Source: Amoebidium appalachense (taxonomy: Eukaryota > Protista > Ichthyosporea). From it: a stretch of DNA of 64,000 nt. The notes under the pieces are model-generated. The model saw only the letters and a list, made by a program, of their open reading frames with translations, ran no database searches and was not told where the DNA came from. Below, piece after piece: positions 57,715-64,000 of the stretch. Where the stretch lies: contig CAVNZM010000014.1 of the NCBI GenBank assembly GCA_963693365.1, forward strand, positions 3,038,001 through 3,102,000, written 5' to 3'. Made by a program: the position numbers and the translations under genes. The first letter of the stretch is position 1. Each line of letters begins with the position of its first letter.

Positions 57715-59587
57715 CCTTAATTGCCCCTCTTCCGTTATGGTCAATCTATAGGCCAACACCATGCCACGGCTCCATTAACGACTAAGGGTTCAAGCAGACT
57801 ACGTACCCCGTCAGACTAGCAAAATTTAGCCGCCGCTGGCTAAGATTGCTATGGTATATGACGTCACCTCGATCTGCTACCATATTTAGTAAGAAATCGG
57901 TAAACGTCACATACCATAGCAATCTTAGCAGGCGGCGGCTAAATTTTGGTAGTCTGACCGGGTACCTAGTCTGTTTCGAGCCCTTTCTCCTTAAACTCTT
58001 TTCACACACGTATTATATCCCTTCAAATGTACCATAGACGAGCATCAAACCATCATTCCAATCTCCATAATCGTAGGATTTGGCTCAGTCACATTATGTA
58101 GTTGTGTAAATGCATTCGTATTCACACCCGTATTCCTCCGTATTCCAGCATGAACCACGCCGCACCATGATTACATTAGATCGTATTTATCTTTATATAT
58201 TTTTTTTGGATCATTGTAATCGTATTCAAACCCGTATTCCTCCCAATTCAGCATGAACCACGCCAAGACATGGGGTGAGCTTAAGGGGCACGTCGACACT
58301 TTGATTTCAAACGTCATCTTCCCCCCCTGTGTCACACGGTGGAGGACCAGGAGCTGTGGGATGAGGATCCATACGAGTATATCCGCCAGAAATTCGGTAC
58401 GTGTCTGCCTGAAAAGGGTAGGGAAACGGGAAACTTGAAAGCGGAAAACGGAAAAGAGGAACGAGGAAATGCAAAAGGGAAAGAGTTGTGGAAGCATGGC
58501 TTGGTGATTTGGGTGGTGGCGTTTTTTACTAACAATTTTTTTATGTGTGTTTGTGTATGTTGGCTTGTTGGTGGTGGTGGTGTGTTTGTGTGTGTGTGGG
58601 GGGGGGGGGGGGGGGGAGGGGGGGGGGAGGGGGGACTGCAGGAGGATTTGCATGCATTGGGCAGATATTTGCATCATACTTAAAAGACTGCTTGAGCTAA
58701 TTTTCGTCTTTTCCTTTTCATCGAACTGCTTGAACGTATGTAAAGCTTAAAAAATGCGTTAAACCACTATTGACTTAACAATACTTCCAGACCCCATGAC
58801 GGACTATGTGTCTCCGGCCAAGGCCGCCGATGCCCTACTGCTCGAGATGGTCCACAAGAGGAAGAAGACCCTCATGCCAGTGCTGGGTTTCTGCGACAGG
58901 TGCGTTTTTTTAACTTGGTGCACTAAGATTTTAGTGGTTGATTAAGCTTCATTTTAATGAGCTCTCGGTCACACACTTATTCGATTATATCAAAGTGAAC
59001 GTGTTCAAACTGACTTGATCTTTATTACGCGTCCACGCGCGCGCGCGTGGCCGCGCGCGCACACACACACACACTCTCTCTCTTTCTGTCTCTCTCTCTC
59101 CTTCCCTCCCTCCCTCCCTCCCTCCCTCCCTCCCTCTCCCCCTCCCTCCGTCCCTCTCTCCCTCCCACGCTCACTCATCACTCACGCACTCACTCACTCA
59201 CATGCAAGCATGCATAGGGGTGCGCATACACAAGTACACACACGCCCGCCCGCCCGCCCGCCCACCCGCCCGCACACATAGGTTGGTACATAAATAATCT
59301 CCATTTCTTTACTAATTTCCCCCCTTTTTCCAGGATGCTCTCTGCCTACAACCAGCAAGCACCCGAACAGCGCAATCCCCACCACAAGGACGGCATCCTG
59401 CACATGATTGGCCTGCTGGCTGACACCATCAACGAGAAGGAGGTACGGTACCATCCACACTAATGAAAAACACTTGCATGCACACGGGGACAAACAGGCA
59501 CACGGACACCTGTACCGTTATTTTCCTGGGGACACCAATACGCTTACTCCCCCCCCCCCCCCCCCCCCCCCCCTCTCTCTCTCTCTC

Positions 59588-59630
<43 letters not shown>

Positions 59631-60088
59631 GGGCATATTTTGCATATTCTTTGTGTGGTTTTCACTCTTTGTTATGTTGTCCGCTACCAACGGGAACTTG
59701 GTACTCTATAAGAAGATCTAACTCACCACACCCATCCACCCACGCGCCTACCCGCCGTCGTGAAAGTGTTGTGTAATTATTATCTGTCGTAAATTCTAAC
59801 CCCGCCCCCTCCCCCCCAGGACCTCAAGCCCATGCTCGAGCCCATGCTCGTGAGCCACGTTGTGCCCGAGTTCGACAGCCCCTACCCGTTCCTGCGTGCA
59901 CGTGCATGCTGGATGCTGCAGCACTTCAGCAGCATTGAATACTCCAGCGACAAGATTTTCGTGAGTTTTCATTGGACCCCCCCCCCTCTCTTCCCCCCCC
60001 CCCCTCTCCCCTCATCCTTTTCTCGTCCCCTCAACCCCCCTCCCCAGCCCATCTCTCTCCCCGCTTTTCCATACGCACACACACACAC

Positions 60089-60128
<40 letters not shown>

Positions 60129-60200
60129 ACACACACTCACACACACTCACACTCACACTCACACTCACACACTCACACACTCACACTCAACACTCACACT

Positions 60201-60234
<34 letters not shown>

Positions 60235-60679
60235 TTATTGAATCCAATTATATAGGTTTTATATGGTGTATGAAAGCCAGCCAAGTGTTGTATACAAGTC
60301 AACCACAGATGGTCAATGGAGACCAACATGAAACAAAACAATTAAAACGATGTACGGAAGGATTGGAAACTAACCATATATGGCTATTTTTCTATTGCAA
60401 AAGCCAATCATGGTCAAGCTAGTGCAGTGCCTGACACTAAACCATGTATCAAAATCAACAAACTGACCATATATGGCTATTTTCTATTGCAGGAGCCAAT
60501 CATGGCCAAGCTTGTTCAGTGCCTGGACGGTGGGGACCTGCCCGTGCAGGTAATGGCGGCCATTGGCATCCAGCACGCACTGGCACAGCCGGCGGCAAGG
60601 AACGTCATACAGCCACACCTTGCACGTACGTGTGTGTGTGTGTGTGTGCGTGTACGTGTGCGTGTTTTTTTTTTTTTTT

Positions 60680-60724
<45 letters not shown>

Positions 60725-60850
60725 CTGTATGTGTGCTGTCTGGGTAGGTGTCTTTTCAAAAATACGCCCTTGCCCAACCGGCCGCAAGGAACGTCATACA
60801 GCCACACCTTGCACGTACGTGTGTGTGTGTGTGTGTGGTGGTGGTGGTGG

Positions 60851-60884
<34 letters not shown>

Positions 60885-61386
60885 GGGTGGGTGGGTGTAT
60901 GTGTGTGCGTGTGTGCTTGTGTTCGTGTGTGTGTGTGTGCGCGCGCACGCACACACCTGTCTGCGTGTGTGTTAATGTATGTGTCGGGTTTTTTCCGTAA
61001 CATGCCAAATAATATTTTCTTCCTTCCTTCCTTTCTATTTCTCTCTTTCTTCCTTCCTTCCTCTCCCTCTTTTTTTTCTTCCCACCCTCCCTTCTCCTTA
61101 CCTGCTCTTCTCTTTTCTTTTTTCCCCTTTCTTCCACCCCCCCCCCCCCCCCCCCCCCCTTTTTTTTTTTTCATTCAGCACTGATCGGCAAGGTGATCTC
61201 GCTGACCAATGAGGCCGAGAATGATGACCTCACCCACGTGCTTCAAGACCTCGTCACCACATTCGGGGATGAGCTGGGCCACCAGGCTGCAATGATTGGC
61301 GCACAGCTGGTACGTACGTGTGTGTACGTGTGTGTGTGTGTGGAGGGGGGACGGGGGGAGGAGAGGGGGATGAGGGATGGCATGCT

Positions 61387-61425
<39 letters not shown>

Positions 61426-61891
61426 CGCGCTTGTGTGTGTTAGTGGGTGGGTGGGTGTTTTTCTTTCTCTTTTTTTGGGGGGGGGGGGGGGGGGGGGGAA
61501 GGGGGTGGGCGGGGGGAGGGACGATGGGGTTTGATGTGTTCCGGTTTGGTGGGAGCACAGGGAGGGGAGAGGTAGGGGGCTGATGTGTGGGTGTTGGCCA
61601 GCCAGGGGAGGGAAGGAGACGGTGGTGGTGGTGGTGTGTGCGTGTGCGTCTGTTCGTGTGTGTGGTTTTTTTTTTGTTTTTTTTTTGGGGGGGGGGGGGA
61701 GGGATGGGGGAGCTGCTGCTGACTGCGCGTGTGCACAGACGGAGACATTCCTCAAGATGGTGGACTATGACCCCACGAACGATGAAGAGGCTAACAAGGT
61801 AAACAAACAAACAAAAAAAAAGGGCTGCCGCATAATCTCCATTCTTCGTTGTTTTCTTTTGTTGCAGGGAGGGCTGTATCCTGCTGTGTCT

Positions 61892-61935
<44 letters not shown>

Positions 61936-62193
61936 CCCGTTCAGTACTGCGTCGAGAGAAGAAACGGGGTTTTTAAGAAGTGTTGTCTGTCGGGTAAGCT
62001 GGTCAAACGGTGTGGGAGCGTAATTGCCTGGTGAAAAAAAACAAAAAAAACCCAAGTATCCACACGCACAATTACTCACACTCCTAACGAGCCCTGTTTG
62101 TCTGCTCGCTTACATTCACTCACACACGCACATGGACACACTCACTCATTCACTCACTCATTCACTCACTCACTCATTCACTCACTCGCTTAC

Positions 62194-62242
<49 letters not shown>

Positions 62243-63615
62243 CGCACACACGCACACACACAGGCCATGACAGCCATGGGTATCCTCGGTGCCATCCAAA
62301 CCCTTCTCAGCATGTTCCTCGAAAAGCCAGAGGTAACCCCCCCCCCCCCCCCCCCCCCCCCCTTCTTCTCCACTCCTTCCCCGGTAAAAAATGTAGTTTT
62401 GGGTGTGTGTATAGAAAAACAAGGGGTTTGGGAGGGATGGACTGGTTGTTTGAAGGAAATGATTTTTAAAAAATAAGTTCTCATGGACACGTTGACCTTT
62501 TTGCATGGTGGATGCAAGGTTCTGGCGCTGGCCGTGTGTGCTTTAGGTTAGGTGTGATGGGTGGGTTGTTGTGGGGGGGGGGGGGGGGGGGGGGAGGGGG
62601 GAGGGGGGAGACGGGGGGGAAAGGAGGGTGTATACGTGTGGAACGCACATTCTTGTGTGGGTGGGTGGGTGGGTGGGTGGGTTTATGTGGGTGGGTGGGT
62701 GCTTGTGCATGTGTGCTTGTGCATGTGTGTGTGTGTGTTTTCTTTTTTGGAGGTTGGGAGAGGGGGGGGGGGGGGGCAGGGGGAGGGAAGGAAATCGGCG
62801 TGATCTTTCTGCGCATGAAATCGTCGTGTGTTTGCATTACTGACCGACCAACGATATTCCCAAATTAGTTCCTTGGGCCTCTGGAGCAGGCCGTGCTGCC
62901 GTGTGTCGATGCTATTCTTAGAAACAACCACATTGACTTCTTTGAGGATGCCCTCGACATTATGGCCCTCATCACATTTGCTACAAAGGTGTGTGTGTGT
63001 GCGTGTACGTGTGTGTGTTGGGGAGTGGGGGGGTGGGTGTGCGCGTGTGTGGGTGGGTGGGTGTGAGTGTGTGCATGTGTGTGTGTGTGTGTGCGCGCGC
63101 GTGTGGGCAGGCGGGTGGGTTTGTGGGTGGGTGGGTGTGCATGTGTGTGTGTGCGTGCGTGTGTTTGTGTGTGTGCGTGTGGATGTGCACGTGTGTGTAC
63201 ACACGGATGTGGGTGCACGTGTGTGTGTGTGTGTTTGTGTGTGTATATATGCACATGCAGTTTTTGTGTACGAATGTGCCCATACATGTAAGTGCGGGTT
63301 GCTTGTGTGTGGGTGGGCAATGTGGGGGGGTTTGTGCGTGTTAGCGAATCTGCTAGTGCACTGCGAGGGAAATTTCCCAAAAATCCCCGAAAAGAGACCT
63401 ATAAATACGGATATAGGCAGGCGCATTCATACCACTAGAATGCGTAGAGTCAGATGACATGTTAAACGGTTTTGCTTCTGACCGATAAGGTTGGGTATCC
63501 TCGTATCCGGACTGATGGGAGCCAATGCAAACACAGAAAATCAGCCCCGAGATGTGGGCCTTCTTCCCCATCATCTACCAGTCCTTCAAGACGGAGGCTG
63601 CTGATTTCTTCAGCG
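50003..63615 (+). CDS. IPO7: Importin-7/8 family karyopherin; continues beyond the window; apparent -1 frameshift at 58321-58327
   Basis: Exons 50003-50089, 50353-50434, 51472-51542, 52414-52487, 53535-53696, 54734-54890, 55459-55557, 56266-56348, 56813-56897, 57363-57451, 58252-58396, 58791-58899, 59334-59442, 59820-59960, 60493-60625, 61179-61309, 61739-61798, 62264-62332, 62869-62988, 63537-63615. Motifs [71 protein letters not shown]. Confidence 0.93.
53232..53335 (+). repeat. Poly(C)-bounded intronic element (IPO7 intron 4)
   Basis: CTGAGAATGGGCTTTGCTTACTATGCATAC...GTGTACTTCGTACTTGATGGCACATTCA then (C)n. Confidence 0.85.
57784..57985. mobile_element. ~200-bp fold-back element (MITE-like) in IPO7 intron 10
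   Basis: Arms of ~85 bp: CAGACTACGTACCCCGTCAGACTAGCAAAATTTAGCCGCCG..TAAGATTGCTATGGTAT pairs with ATACCATAGCAATCTTAG..CGGCGGCTAAATTTTGGTAGTCTGACCGGGTACCTAGTCTG; no clear TSD. Confidence 0.75.
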
Positions 63616-63620
63616 GTAAC

Positions 63621-63702
<82 letters not shown>

Positions 63703-63709
63703 CTCCCCC

Positions 63710-63740
<31 letters not shown>

Positions 63741-64000
63741 AAAAAAAAAAAAAGGAAAAGGGAAGAAAGAAACAAAGAAGAAACCACTTTTTTTGATTTT
63801 TGCCGCATGGCAGAGACAAGCATCTTGGAGACTGACGGGCAGAAGGGAAGTTGCTTACTCAAAACAGGATGACTAGGGGAAGGAGAGGGGAGAGGGGAGG
63901 AGAGAAAGGTGAAAGTTTGTACCGGGGGAAAAAAAAAAACAAAAAAAAGAAACGACAGACATAGGTGTACACTCCCTGTAAACCACCGTTGTATGTGCAT

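Overview
Gene-dense, intron-rich eukaryotic DNA. A unicellular opisthokont or holozoan origin is inferred from gene content only. Introns are filled with (CA)n/(GT)n microsatellites and long C/G homopolymers, so almost every ORF in the supplied track is a low-complexity artefact. Manual GT-AG splicing with phase checks recovers six genes: FAF1 (5'-truncated, +), a DUF4272 protein (+), a RIOX2/MINA53-like JmjC oxygenase (+), a 68-aa three-exon microprotein resembling DASH/Dam1 subunit Hsk3 (+), DXO/Rai1 (-) and importin-7 (+, 3'-truncated). One DXO intron holds four tRNA-Leu genes and a pseudo-tRNA. The most striking non-coding signal is a ~105-160 nt interspersed element that ends in a poly(C) run, is often 5'-truncated, and was seen only in introns and only in the sense orientation of the host gene. 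Other highlights are 38/57-bp hAT-like micro-MITEs with 8-bp TSDs in two promoters, a 2-kb non-autonomous hAT-like element, a 200-nt intronic fold-back, and repeated 'ghost' copies of splice junctions inside adjacent introns. Two single-base homopolymer frameshifts in conserved exons suggest assembly errors.
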